Shown here: positions 1 to 15,200 of the stretch, piece by piece
How positions within the stretch are numbered: position 1 is the stretch's first letter
Layout: each line of letters opens with the position of its first letter
From: Bugula neritina
Lineage: Eukaryota > Animalia > Bryozoa
Length of the DNA stretch: 64,000 nucleotides
Assembly (NCBI GenBank): GCA_964035545.1
Contig: OZ037766.1
Coordinates: 8,918,722 to 8,982,721 of the forward strand
Direction of reading: 5' to 3'
Translations under genes and position numbers: made by a program
Notes under the pieces: generated by a model
The model's input: the letters and a program-made list of their open reading frames with translations, nothing else
Databases searched by the model: none
What the model was told of the DNA's origin: nothing

Positions 1-263
1 TCTCTAATCAAAATATACTTGACAAGTTGATTATTAGAATGCCAAGGTGCTCTAGCCATATTGGACTCTTGTATATCTTTGTAACTAAAGTCAACAGCAT
101 AATTACCTTAATTAATTGCTGTCTGGCTAAGAATCAAACCACTTGATAACAAATTACTGAAAGTGAGGTCTACCCTTCAATATTTCTATCACCTGTCTCT
201 ACTTTATTCACATTTTATAATCAACTTGTTATTTTCAATTCAGGTGCCGACTAGCTGTTAAAA

Positions 264-3200
264 ATGGCTTTAGTCACAGCTCCAACCAACGGATATCACA
301 ATGGGATTGATGGGGCTCAAGATACACTCTATCACTGCATGAAGGATTATAAACATGGGCCCAACTCTAGGATGAGTATCACTTTTAACAGTAGCAAAGG
401 ACTAACCAATGCTCCAGGACAAAACAACTGCTTCCTCAACTCTGCTGTACAGGTGCTTGCAGTTTTCCACAGCTTTATTCATTTTTTCTGTGTAATTACT
501 TCCCCAATGTTAAAGCACTCATCCATGCTCTGGATTTATACTCGTCTACTAATAAGTTGCTACAGAAATGTAGCTAGGCTGCACTGGTATGCAAGCTGCT
601 AAATTTAAAATGAACTGAGAAGATAAAATAGGTTTTTAGCAACAATCAAATTTTCAACTTCCCAAAATGAAAAGTTAGAGGATTTAGAGACTGAGCTCTC
701 TATCTATTAGCTAAGCTAATTTATAGCCTTATGCAACTACAAGGCAACTGTTGAGCCACTGGCATAGCTAGGAACTAAAGACTCCCAAGTGTATAATCTA
801 TAAACTTTCTTATAGCAGTTAAATTTATTGCTTCGTTGGGCTATTTTAAAGATACACTCTAAACTTTCTTGTAAATAAAAGCTGAAACTAAAAACAGCTA
901 GCTGATGGTCTCATGAGTTTTCAAATCTCCCCGTTGGTCCTTAAAGTTATACTGCTGTTTTGCCCGACCAAACTTAATGTTCAACTGACAAGATTTAGAG
1001 CTTAATCTGCTTTGTCTTACAAACAGATTTATGGCAACTAAGCTTTATTATGAAAGCAATTCATCTCATTATATTCCTTAATAAAATTTATGTAGGATAT
1101 TTCAGCTATCGTTGATATTAATTGAAATTGAAAGGTTGCAGTTGGCCATTTTTAAATACTTCAAATTAATAGAATTATAAAAGCAATAGACATATGTTGA
1201 TAAAGTAATGTAACAACATACTATCCTATGTATCATAATAGGATAGTGTGCAATGCTTTAATTTAATTTAGAATAAACAGAATCTCTCATCTCAACTTCA
1301 AGTAAACTGAATACAATACAGTTTCCAACTCCTTGTAACCTCCATTACTAAATATATTACAGGTTAAATTTACCAAACTTGTCATGGTGATTTTGATGTA
1401 CACTTTTGCGGTGGCTATAATAACATGGATATTGGCTAGCATGACTTCTCTGTTTTTTTTATTACAGTGTTGCTGGGTTACACAAATTGAAATGGTAGGA
1501 TGGTGCATAAATTAAGAAGTAATAACCCTGTTTGATCAATTACCCCAGTATAATCTATGAGACTTGGTTCAGGATTTAATTTTTCATATGCTGTATATGA
1601 AAATGGCCTATGTGATTTACACTTTATATTCAAGTTATATTCCATAAAATACTTTATAGACCTGTTTGAATTTAAAAGTTCATATTACATCATATGTTGT
1701 TTTATGTGCCTGTATGTTTTTGTACATATTTTTATGTGTTTAGAAAATGATAATTTTCGCCCGTTTTTATCTATCAGCACATAGTAAGGATGACATGCAT
1801 GTGCTTGCAGGTGCTATGGCATTTGGATGCGTTTAGGAGGAGCTTCCGGCTGCTTTCAGGTCATTCATGCATGGGCAATGCATGTATTTTCTGTGCCCTC
1901 AAGGTGAGGAGATTGTTACTTCTAATTTTCGATAATTTGTAAAAAGTTGGTGATGCAGGAAATTACTAAAATGGGCTAAAATCACCCTTTTACATAAACC
2001 TCTTGTTACAGTTGTGCAGGAAATGTTTTTTGAAATAATTGCCAGCATAGTAAATAGGCGTACATAGTAACACTAACTAGCTATTACCTACCCTAGTTTC
2101 ACTACTTGTACTCCTTCCACTAGCATACACCTGGTGGGTTGTGGAAATACACACGTAATTGTCTCACTTAGCTATACATTGTTAGTAAACTTTTGATATC
2201 AATTAGCTTCTGAGGAGAGGGTAGGTTTGCTCTTTACAACCCTATCAATAACTCAACAATACTCCACAGAAACTTGTAAAAGGCTTTTTCATTATGTTTA
2301 TTATTGTAATTAATTATTAATTGTCCCACAATTCTTCCCATTTTCTTACTATCAGTTGAACAATGCCGGCATTCGTGACCATTTAGCCATGTAATTATTA
2401 TTGTTAGTAGTATGACTATGTATATGGACACCTACTATATTCTGTGCTGTGTTTAAGAGATATGCTGTATTAGCTATAGATTCACAAACTAGATAAATCT
2501 TAGAAATTTTATGGTGATAGTCAATTAGTTATTGAAACATAGACTGTAGAATATAGACTATAAAGTATAGAGTATATACTGTAGAGTACAGAATGTAGAG
2601 TGTAGGCTATACAGAGTTCAGACTATGGATTATAGCATAAGCAAAAGTTGTATTTAAGGGGCAATGTTAGTAAGCATAAAGTTGTAAAAAAGTTTCAACA
2701 AACAGACTTGACACAGGAGTGGCGTATGCCAGGACATACAAAAGTATCGTGTTATGTTGATACAACAGTGCTTTGGCCTGACCATGTATCCAGCTGAGGG
2801 ATTAACTTATTTGCCATCTCCTGTTCTGTTTGCACTCAGTTCACTAGAGGCTCATAAAATAAACAGTGGTTTTAAGCAACATGTCCAACACCTTTCACTA
2901 TCTACAATGAAACTAATACCATTGAAGCTGACAAAGCCCTGTCTGTATGCTGTGCAGTTTCTAAGAGGCAAATGAAGTTACTTTCAAGTTTTTGGTACTG
3001 GAGCCCCAGTGTATTGCAAGCAATGTGGCCTCTAGCCCTGTCATTCTGGCATCAATCACCTGCTATTCCTTTTCACTGCAGGTGATGTTTACACAGTTTC
3101 AATACAGTGACAAGCAAGTTCTCCCCCCTGACACCCTGCGTCAAGCTTTGTCAGAGACGTTTCAGAACCAACAGAGATTTCAGATGGGCTTCATGGACGA

Positions 3201-6200
3201 TGCAGCTGAATGCTTTGTAAGCCAATTGTATTCGTTGAGACAGTAAAACTTCTGGAGTCTTTGATGTTTCTTTTCACTGAAATAATCTGAAGATTATCTT
3301 CTTTGCAAGCTGTAGGCAGCTTTAGCAGTCATGATCTTCATCTTATGATGAATACTGAAGCACTGAACTGGTTTATTTCAGAGTAAAGTTTCTTTAAACA
3401 TGTCACTAACCAGGCTATTGACTAGATATACTGGCGCTAATTGCTTACTATCTGTAACAATAATCTAGCCTTATGTTTTATGGATATCAAAATACTAAAT
3501 GCATTCAGGTTAAAGACTTGATAATGTGTATAATAACACCCCTCCTAGCCTCTCTGTGTTACAATAATAGTTTATGTTTAATGCTGATGGGTGAAATCGC
3601 AGACTGCATTTAGTCAAACAATCTTATGGATCTGGTTTCATATACTCTGAAATGCATTTGAATACAGATTCATTTTAACTCAATAAACTGCATTTCTGTA
3701 ACGTTACCATCCTGACCCCATAAATCAGAGGCATCTTTTACAAACTAGTTTTGTTGACTTTTTCTGCACGAAGTTTGCCAGAATTGAGCTGAAAGTTAAT
3801 AGCAGTATGGAGATGTTAGACTGAGTATCCAGGGTAGCCTGAGGAACTGTCTATCCAGTTGTAATTAATCACCCCTCATGTCCTGCCTTCACTTCTGTTT
3901 CCACTTATTGAACTGATTTATTAATAATTGTGTTCAGGAAAACATACTGACTAGGATGCACAACCATATAGCCTCAGAGGAAAGTGAAGACAGCTGTTCA
4001 GCGCCCCACTGTATACCCCACCGCAAATTCTCCATGTCTGTATCTGAACAGGTCAGACTTATTCTCTATTATTAGTTAGTACTAAAAGATGGCACTCTGG
4101 CCTGTAGTTTATTTTTTACTGATGATTAAGACATGGTATTTCACAAGACATGTGTTTGATGTTGTGAAACAACAAAATGCAAATTAAGTCAACTTATCTT
4201 TTACCTATGGAGCAGTGTTTGTTTGTTATGTAAATGTTACTTTCTTACAGGTTGTGTGTGGGAGTTGCAGAGCCAAGTCTGAGCCCTTTACATTCAATGA
4301 GATGGTCTTCTATGTGAGCACAGGAGCCCTTGTGTAAGTAGTGAAGACTGAGTAGCTAATATAGCTAATATAGCTTGCATGCCCTACTTTTCCTCTGTAA
4401 CACAGGCTTGGTTCACAGGAGGTTAATTCGAAGTATCTGTTTTATTAAATATGTAACGGAAACCTACTATACCTATGCTATTAGCATAATTATCTTCTTT
4501 TCTCTATTTTTGAGGATTTAATAATTCTAGAATGGCCTAACTGATTCATCATTTCAAAATTCTGAAAAACATATTTGTGTGAAATAATTTTCAATTTATG
4601 ATTTGGAATAACGAAAAGCAACAAGACTGACAAGAATCTCTTGTCTAGCTTGTTTTTATGAAACATCACTGACCTAAAGTAGCTATGGGATGGTGTTGAG
4701 ATACTATTTTGTGAATGGTGCGATGATGTATTTTTAGTACACGTAAATGGCGCTATAATTTTATCATGCCATACTCAGTGTCTGTCTGTCATAACAAATT
4801 TAAATTTGTTAGTCTACCATATCACCATCATCATATCTTATATAGCTGCAGATTTTTATTTACCTGATTTCAGCCGTAATGAGAATTGCATTGTCTCTGG
4901 GCTGTTGATTGACTGAAGACTGACTTCGAATGTTTTTTGGCCATGTTTTCCATATTGTGTATGTTGTGGTGTGGCGATGCATAAATTAATTGGGCTTGGT
5001 AAATAAATTATAATCCACATTAAGATATGGCTATTATTTTATTTTGCACTTTGTTTTCTTATTGGCCTACAAGGCTTAGCCTACTTGGGTTGGTCTACGT
5101 GGGTTGGCTCTGGGTTGGGGCGTATGTTTATTCAAAGCTATTACAATTCTTCAACACTCCTCCAAAGTTGGCAAGCTAAAGTTTCACTACATCTCATTAT
5201 TTTGAAACTCAACCAAAGTTAGCTTCAAGCCTTGAATTATATTCTGACATCATGAATTTTGACTATTTTACAGTTGGTATAGTGTAAATAGGTTACAAAT
5301 CAAGTTGTGTTTTTTGTACCAAATAACTCAACAGCCAAAGTATTAGTTGTAGGTTGAAGGAGAACAGATTGTGTGTTTGCTGTGTTCTGCTACTGCCTCC
5401 GTTTGTTTGCAAGACTCGTCTGATGTTTTTTTTAGAAATGAATTCAAGTCGAATTCAAGTGAAGAACTCAGCAACTTGTCGTTCTCTCAGCTACTCAAGA
5501 GTACAGTTAGTAAAGGGGATATCAGATCATGCCCTGTGAGTATCAGTCACCATTGTTATTGATATCTTATTTCAAACAGTTTATTTATTTATTCTTGCAA
5601 ACAATTTATTATCTTTACTTTATTTTTTGCTTTTCTCTTTTTTACCAAATCAAATGCATTAAAACTTTACCACCCATAATTAACCTTTAGCTTTAATTCG
5701 CTTACTTTTTATTACATTTGGATTTGAATTTGAGCCAATAAAAGTCCTAGTAAAACCCTAGTAAAAGCTCTGATACACATCTACTGAGCACTCTAAATTA
5801 AGGTGCCTGGGGATTTTCAATAAGCTCCAAATATTGTAAATTAACTTTATTATTCTTCTCCACTTTGCCAGCATCTATTCATAGATGATTAATTTGGCTA
5901 ATTAAAAAGGTGTAATGTTAGAGAACAATGTAGTTAATGCTATTGTAGTCTAGATTATCCTACGGCCTATCACAATAGTTCCTTTCCTATTTGACTAACT
6001 AATCCCCTAAGCTCTCTTTGCACAGGGTCACTGTGGTCAAATCATATCAAGTGGGTTTTACCTTATGAAAATTATGGCGTTTTAGCTGCTTCTGGTGTTC
6101 ACCATTTGCCATAAGTTTCCTAAAACTATTTGGTTGTAATTGTAATTTGCTAAATAAGCCCACATAGCAAGTAGAATAACTAGTTGAATGAAATTCATCT

Positions 6201-9200
6201 TGACTGGGAATGGAGAAGTACATTACATTCTGCAGGTAGTCTGTGTGAATAATTGCATGTTTTAGATGAAATTTTAAGCATTAAATTGATATGCTTTTAG
6301 AATAATTGTGGGGAACTGGGAGAGAAGAAAAGAGATTTGACCAACGTTCCAGATGTTGGTACGTATGCTGTATAACACACCTATGTTTGGTTATCTTAGT
6401 ATTTCAAAAATTGATTGAATAACAACATGGATTCTATTTAGCTCTCTTGACTTGTATTACGTGAGCCTTCAGGGGTTTAAGTTGCTGAAAGTCAACTCAG
6501 CTTGTTATTGTTCCATTTTACCAATTTTTGACTTTCTGATTTGTTTAGCACTAGAGGCTAAAATAGGTGAAACATTTTCTATGCATCATTAAGTGAAAAT
6601 ATCATCTCCTTAAAAGTTTATTATTTTCAAGTCATTTTATAATTTATAGATTCATTCACGATTATATATGATATATGATATTGAGAAAGAGTTGGCAGCT
6701 GGCCAACAAAAGTAATGTTTTTGCCGTGGATCTTTTTCTTGTCACTTGCATCCTGTAGGCCATATTTCTGCCAAACCCGCTTCACCTTTGCTAACATTTA
6801 TTATTGTGACATCTTGTCAGAGTTTGATCAGCTTCAGTGTCCTTCTCTTGTCCTCCAGCGCCATCTCAGGTGGTGGCTGTCTTTTGATCTTACCAGATGT
6901 TGGAATAGTATTTACAGTTTGATGTCTAAATAATGGCTGCATAATCTTATAATCTCAGAGAAAATCTCTATTTGCTTAATGATCCGTTTGATCCATTGTA
7001 AAACTTATAGATCCTTAGATCAACATTTGAAAGAAATAACCAAGGTGCCATTTTGCAGTATAAATTTAAATAATCTCTAAATCTAAAGATGTATGCATTA
7101 GCTGTAGAAGATGAAAGGGTTGTTTTGATTTGATAAGTCTTTGGCATTGCCCCACATATTCTCCCACTAAAAGTACTGTTTTTGATGATATTATATCTAG
7201 AAATAGCTGCCAGGATGTTTGTTGAAGCTAATTAACCTCTGCGTGATAATCCAAATATAAGTTTAATTATATACTGTCATCATTACCAGATTAAGGTCAG
7301 CATTGTTAATCACTGAATAATAACAAATGATAGTCAGCAAGTATACAATGATTCAGCCTCCAAAGGTTGCTGGGATGGAGGAAATTTGTAGCAAAGTTTT
7401 AAAAGTTAAATATTTTGGTGACATATTAGCTTGAGCTTGCAGCGTGCCACACGGCTGTCATACTTGTTAATTCTTTAATGCTTACCTTTTTTTGCTGATT
7501 GACATGCGTTTGTGAGAGCTCAGCTTGGCAGATTAGCTTCTTATTATATGATTTATGGTCAGGTTTGCACTGCGTCCTTTTTGCCGGCAAATCCCCCCTT
7601 AGTCTTAGCCGTACACGTTAATGTCACCCTTTGGGCAACACCCCTTTACAGCTCTACTGAAACTTTTTGAAATCGTATAATCACCACTTGATGACCTTAG
7701 AATACATAATGAAACCCCCAAGTCAATCTCATAGAAGAGATCAATGGAAAATTTGAAGTAAATTTTTAAGTAAATTATCTAATCGACTAAGTAATAATTA
7801 AATGTTTATATCCACATTCATTTACAGTGAAATTTACAATATTTATGTTATTGTAGCCATATTTTATTATTTCTTGTGCTGACTCTGTTTTTTTTCTTTT
7901 ATCAGTAAAGGTTTTTGCATGACTTTGTCCTATAAATGCAGACTTTGTGTTTAGCCTAAGGTTCTATGTTGCAGTGAGCATTGGTCTGGTGTGGGAGAGT
8001 GCTAAGTCGGGCAGTCAGCACATCCGAGATGTTGTCAACTGTATTGGTACCACGCTAAACTTGGAAGAGGTAGGCAAATTTTATCAAACTGGACTCCATC
8101 CTATCACATTGACCTCCCGGGATGGTTTGGTCTAGAATTCCAATCCTGGCTCATTCATTGCTCAGGAATTTAGAGTTAGAATGTTTATGAATATGTAATA
8201 GGCTATGTGTGCAAGTCCAGTAATACTTACTCAACATATGTAGACAAATTCAACTTCTTTAAGAGAAATAATTTTATTATATGCTTTCTAAGAACAGCTG
8301 TTGAAGCTGTAAATGTCCGATTTTAGCTCTTAAACCTGTTAGCCAATATATTATAGTATGCATAAAGATATTGAAAATATAAAAGACTTTATTATAATGT
8401 TTACTTTGTATAGTTTATTGACCAACTAGCTATAATCAAGCATTTCACTGTTGAAACAGCCTCTTATGTCAACTTCAATTACTTGATAATCGAAATTTAT
8501 TGTACCCAGCTACAGTCCATTCACTCTGTAAATATCAGAGTGATATACCAATATGTAGAGTCAATAATACTTATAGCTGACTGTAGCAACTTGCTTGCTT
8601 ATAAATAGGCTACCAGCTAAAAATACAAAGCTTAAAAAAACAGCTAAAGCATAATTTATTTTTCTAGTCAAAACCACTTAATTATTTGCATGTCAACTAT
8701 AAAAAGAATAATTAATCTTTGCAAATGAAACAGATAATTATTCTTATAGAGTTCTGTTGCATTAATTATTCAACTTAGAGTTGTGTTAATCTATTTGTAT
8801 GTAGACAAGTCAGGGTGTTGGTTGATATAATTATCTTTGTAAGCTACTCTATCCACTGCTTCAGCTCTCCTATTCATCATTCATATATTATTGTCACATA
8901 TCATCAGTGCCATCCAAGTGTCACTCTATTATACCATTTTATTGCTTACCTTTCATCCTATGTTTTCCTTCTTTCTGTTTATTATTATATCTGCTATTGT
9001 TGTAGTTGTTTCACTCAACTCCGGCTAGTGGCAGTGAGGGTGGGAGAGGTGCACCCCCACTAACACCATTGCACTTGGTGGGAGTAGTTTGCTATTATGG
9101 TAAACATTACTCAACCTTCTTTTTTCATTCCAAAGTTCACGAATGGATCTATTTTGATGATGCTTCGGTCAAACAGGTAACTATTCACCCAGCCATACTG

Positions 9201-12200
9201 TTACTTCCCTTTACTTGTGCTGTGTGGTCACAATTACCTGTGGTGTGTGGTCACAACTACCTGTGCTGTATGGTCACAACTACTTGTGCTGTGTGATCAC
9301 AACTACCTGTGCTGTGTGGTCACAACTACCTGTGCTGTGTAGTCACAGCTACCTGCACTATGTAGTCACATGTACATGTATAGCTCCAGCTACTAGCCTG
9401 TAACTTGCTGAATGTAAACTGTTCCCTCTAATCTAATTAACTTTTCGCTGCTGGAAACAGTAAAATTTAAAACATGAGCAGTTTTTCATCCAACCACCAG
9501 GTAGGTGTGGGTTGTACATTTTCACATACACAGTGTGAAAGGCATACCACAGTTTCACCAACACTGGGTTTCCCATCATATTAATTTGTGATTGCTGTTT
9601 GCAAGAACTTATGGTTGTGGTTTCATTAGATGTAACATTTCTAAAATCAATTCCAATAAACCGAAACTTGGAAATGCAGTGTAAGCAGAATCTTAAAAAT
9701 AACTCAAAATATTATAAAGAGTTAAAATATCACTGTTTCTTACAATTTGCACAACCAGCTCAGCAGTTATGTCTACCTTCAGTACACAGTGTACTACAGC
9801 TTAAATTCGGCTGGTAGAAGCTAGGCAGTGGCGGCCATCTCACTACTCTTGCGATAATAATAGGTGCTATTGTTTACCCCAGCAGCTATTGCAGTTTAGT
9901 CAAAAGAAAATGAACATTGTTAAGCTCTTCATACTCCTTCAAGTGGCGCAGGAGGAGCTACTCTGTTATAAAAGAATAAATGTAATTTGTAGTTTTCTCA
10001 CATCATCACGCAACTACTGTTAGTAAACCGTCCCTCTTCTTGTACTTACACCCTCAGCCTTACTTACACCCTCAGTTTTTACTTACACCCTCAGTTTTTA
10101 CTTACACCCTAACTTACTAAAGTTGGAGTCTCTATTAATTTCAGATTACTCTCCCCATGACTTCCATCTTGAATTACTCTCAAAGTGACCTAAATCACAA
10201 GAACTGTTTACAATAGACACATCTCTGTTTAGATTTCCAGCTAATCATATTGTAATGAATGCAGTTTGATCTAGAACAGCTTTCCTCTCTGAATTTTAGA
10301 TTAGCCCTAGTTGGTCTAAGGTCTGTGAAAAGCTGTGCAAAGGAAGGCACCAGCCCCTGCTTCTCCTCTACATGAACCCAAACACCGAGGCAGTGGATGT
10401 TACCACGGCTCCCAAGTACAGCACCATGGCACCCGGTTATGAGTGGAAAAATGAAGGTACAGTGCAGGCTGCATAATTACAGTATTTTTTGCATCTGGAG
10501 GGGGGGGGGTGTAAACCCCACAAATATTCCAATAATAGTTGATTCTTGAGTTTTGTGCCTTCAACATCTACTACACATGTTAGATATAGATTTCAGCATA
10601 CTTTCTATTATAATAATTAATAGGAGTATACAATATAGTAACTAATGAAAGCCCTTTGCAGTATGAACCTTATATCTGGCTTTCCATATGCTCCGCCAAT
10701 TCATATTTATTTATTTATTATAATATATTTATTGAAATTCAAGTCTTAACAACTTTGGCATATGTTCCATGCAGCTTAGAAAGCTTACCAGGTATTCGAC
10801 ACTTCATCTGCCAACTTTACTTGGAAATCATTTCCAACTGGCATAGAACAATTGGCTGTCATGGGTTAATGGACATATAAGTTATGTTTGTGAAGCAATA
10901 ATTTAGTGACTTCCTAGCTATTATTTTTTCAGTTCTTTGCCAAATTTCTCTCCTGGTCTGTTCATTCATCTCTCCTCTGCTTTGCAGCTAATATTAAAGC
11001 TGATTTATCTTTTTTTTTATTTATAGAACACAATGAACCAAATAGCTTGCTGAAGAACTCTGTACCAGACGTGGAGTCTTATCACCATCAACAATTGCCG
11101 AGAAGGGTGCCTTCTGAGCCTCCCTCAACAAGGCTAGATAAAAGGTTAGAATAAAGTCCACAACTAAATGTTTTCACTGAAAATCATCTGCACCTGCAAG
11201 TGATAAAGTATTCTTGCGCAGCTATAAAAATACAAGATTATTGCACATGTAGCTTATAGAACTCGCTTTGAAGGAATATATTGAGTAATGCTGATAATTA
11301 TTCCACTAATCTGAACTGAAACACGTGATTCTTCAGTTTAAGAAGGAAAATGTAGCAATTTACTAGAATATATTATTCTGTTAATCATGTTATGGTTAAG
11401 TTATTGTATTATTATACATTTTTATTGTATTAAACATGTAAAAACTTAGTTGCCTGGTTTGAATGGACTAATTAGCAACTATACTAGGTTTGGGGATGCA
11501 GCCCATCACTAGGCTATTAAGTTACCACTCAACTGTGTGCATGTGATACACAATGTAATTATTCTCTTGTGATTACAGTGTTGGGTTTCAAGTATTTTAG
11601 TGGCCTTTAGGGTATTCATGGGTTTTGTAAGTCATTTGGCTGTCTTTTTGTATGCAACAACCTACGAATAAGCATTCATCTCCGTGGAAACAACTGCTTA
11701 TTATGAAGTATTTACATCAACTTCATAAAAGAAGTAAATACACAACAAACTTGTTTTAGCCGCTGCTCTTCCAGGAAATAGAGAACTTCCATCATTGCCC
11801 TAATTTAGTTTATTTCAACAGATAAAAATTATCTTTGAAACTGATACTTTTTTCATTTATGGTGTAAAATAAATTATGTATGTTTTTCTTTTGACAACTA
11901 AAATTCTTGTACATAGTTTATTGTCTTAGAATTGAGTTGTTTTGCCAAGAAATAACCATAAAGTATCGTTGCTCCTTCGATGTTTACAGATTTTTATTGG
12001 AGTTGTGACAAACACCATAAACATTTTCTAGGTATGACGAAGTGGATGACTCATACGCTGCCAGGCACTACTCTAAAGACAGATACGCTGACAGACAGGT
12101 ATCCAACTCTTCCTCGGCGCTGTCGAGACAAGACTCTGGAGTCAGCACTCACTCCTCCAGGTCACAGGTCTCTGCCTTCCTCGAAGGAGACTCCGTGAGC

Positions 12201-15200
12201 AGAATCTCCTCAGTGCTGACTCAGCACTCCTCCGACAGCGGCTCGTCTGGCCACCAAGTGGTCACCAGACAGGAGTCGGACACGGCATCTTCTTACTGCA
12301 GCCGTAGCTCCAGGACGTCTACTCTGTCTACCTGTAAGTATATCTACTCTGTCTAGCTGTAAGTATATCTACTCTCTCTATCTGTAAGTATATCTACTCT
12401 CTCTATCTGTAAGTATATCTACTCTGTCTACCTGTAAGTATATCTACTCTGTCTAGCTGTAAGTATATCTACTCTGTCTACCTGTGAGTATTTAGTAAAC
12501 ACTGATCTTATAGCCACATGTATACCCCAAGCAGTCTTAACACAGTAAATGCCCTGTTTCTATCTGCCTTTTCCTCATAAAATATTGAAATTGAGTTCCA
12601 ACCACAGCTGGGAAAGAGTTACTTTCAAAAAAGGCAGAGATGAAAGTTGTAACTTCTTTCACAAATTGGGCACGGACCAGGACCCTGCGCAATTTCATTG
12701 TACTTGTCTAGTCTTGTCAAGTACAAAGTTAATGTAGCTTTGAACAGATCTTACACAATTACACCTGTGCACCTGCTCAGTGGCTGCTACTGTCACTAGG
12801 TGACTAGGTGATCTGTGAAATCACAAGTTTTCTATTTGATTGAACCTATCCATGTTGAACTAAAGAAGGTGTTTTAAAGTAATTTAATCTCCAAGTTGGT
12901 TATTTATGCCCATTGAGCTGGGTTACAACTTTGACAATAAATTATTCAAGGATAGTGACTGTCTAACCCATCACTCTATTATTAGCAGCTACTGCAGTGT
13001 AACATAGTGTCTGTCTGTATGTCTGCATGTCTATTAGCTGCAATATTCACTTACATGTTAGAGACTTGCTATATGAAACTAAAAAACTGCATACATTATA
13101 ATTGAAAACATTCTACTTCACATGTTTAGTATTAGCACTCAGAGCTAGCATTGTAAGTTGAACTTATACAAGTTGGATGTTGGATACAATCTTGACTAGT
13201 ACTGCTTTGTTTCATTGCCTGTGCATTGCCTGCGAGTTAATACAAGAGCTTATTGATGAGTGAAATTGTGATGGTTGTAATTTGCTGTGTGCTGTCTTAT
13301 GTTACAGCAAATTGCTGTTGTGCATCATTTGTGTGTTTGAAATAATGGATAATCATGACACTCATTGATTGGTTTTATCAGTGGATATGCAGTTAAATTA
13401 TTTCTCTTTTAGTTTCATCTGCAGTTGAAAGTGAAGATACGGGATATGTCGGCCTGCACAGTAACGGTGTCTTGGGATATCAAAGTGACAGGACACCTGA
13501 GAAAAAGAAAAACAAGGAAAAAGTATCCCTAAAGAAGAAGAAGATGAAGAACAGACTGGATGCGGATGTCATGAGGTTGGCACCGACAATCTGACTCTGT
13601 TTGCTCAACTTATATTTAGTTTCTGCCCCTAGTGTTGGCATAAAAGCTTTGCCTGCCTTATTGATTGAATCAGAGGCATTCACAATATACAACAAAGTGG
13701 TCTGAAAGACTTCTTTGTAAATTATACAGTTCAAATAAATGCAATACATAATATACAAATGCAAATATTAAGTAATGATGATTGTTATTACAGATAACTG
13801 GCCGTATGCCAACAGGCCATGTGCCAGTTGTAAGGGCAGATAATTCTCAAATATTTTGTACCAGTTAATTTAAGGTTTTTTACTCTTGTGTGCAGCAAGG
13901 TTTTTATACTGTGAGGTAGCAACTTAGTAGTGTAACTCATAAAACTTGACACTAGTCATCCTATCACATAGTACTCTATATTGTATACTAATTCTCGTAT
14001 CAGTAAAATTATTAAGAAGTCACTCCATTCTCCCAGAGCCACAAGTAACTCTTTACCTTTTAGATACCATTCCAAGAGTCAAGTCTCATTGTTGGATGTG
14101 CACAACCAAAGCTATGATGACTCTAGCCTGACGAGAACTGCTCATACAGCTGAAGACGTCAGTCAGAATTCAATTTCCTACGCAACATTGCCTCGAAAGA
14201 AGAGAGCTGCATCAGCGACTCCGCAGCCTGCCGCTCTTGTTAGGAGTCCTGAGGCTATATTACCCCCCAAAGGCTCAAGTAACTCAGGTAATCCACACTC
14301 AATGTAATCTATCAGTTTGCTGAATTGAAAGTTAATTGAGTTGTTTGGAAACTCACAGAGTTGTTTTTACATAGATGACAAGGCATCTCCTCACAGCGAT
14401 ACACACACGAGCATCAGTTCAAGAATACAGCTCTTTAATGGAATGAGTGAGCAGCCAGTCGGGCAGAAAGCTGCCGCTGCTTGCGGTAAACCGCCAGAGC
14501 TGAAACCTCTGCTTCACATCAATGAGAAAGATAGGGATGGTCCGTCTTACATCAGCAAAAGCAGTGTGGAGAAGATACTGAATCAACAGCGTAAGGTGTG
14601 TGTGAACGGAAAATGCTGAAATTTTATGAATTTCCGATAGGAATATTTCTTTATGGGAACTTTATATGTTTATTTTACAAACTTCGTTGATGAAATTTTG
14701 TAAATATTTAGGAAACTAATGCCTCTGCTGGTCAAAGACCAGATTTAGTGTTGTTAGAGTTTTATTTTGAAAGCTCACTTTATCACAAACTAGTGAGATT
14801 GCGGAAATAAAACTCTCTCCATTATCATCACCAGTTAAATATGTTGCAAGAACTGCAATACGCAGTGAAGAGTAAATATGCTAGCCAAACCAACTAGAGC
14901 ATCTAGCTTGCAAAATCTCTATGATTTCAACTAGTTGTAATGCAATCATTCATGATGGCATGTGGCGTAGGATTTTACTCGGCACTGCTGTAGCTTTATT
15001 CAACCAATCAGTGCATCTGAAACTGAGCATGTCTGTCACTGAGGATGTTTGTTCTCAGGCTTTGTCTCGAGGATCAATAAAGATGATGAGACCCACTTAT
15101 GATGAACAGTTTGTCTTACCTGAAGAGTACACTTACACCTCTGACAACAAGGGAAGTGAGTTGAAACTGGATTTCACATCTGATAATGCCTCACTGAGCT

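Noticed and set aside
9216-9370. Tandem arrays (also 12318, 29904, 56132) as CRISPR-like arrays
   Set aside because: Units are head-to-tail with no unique spacers, lie in eukaryotic introns, and no cas genes are present
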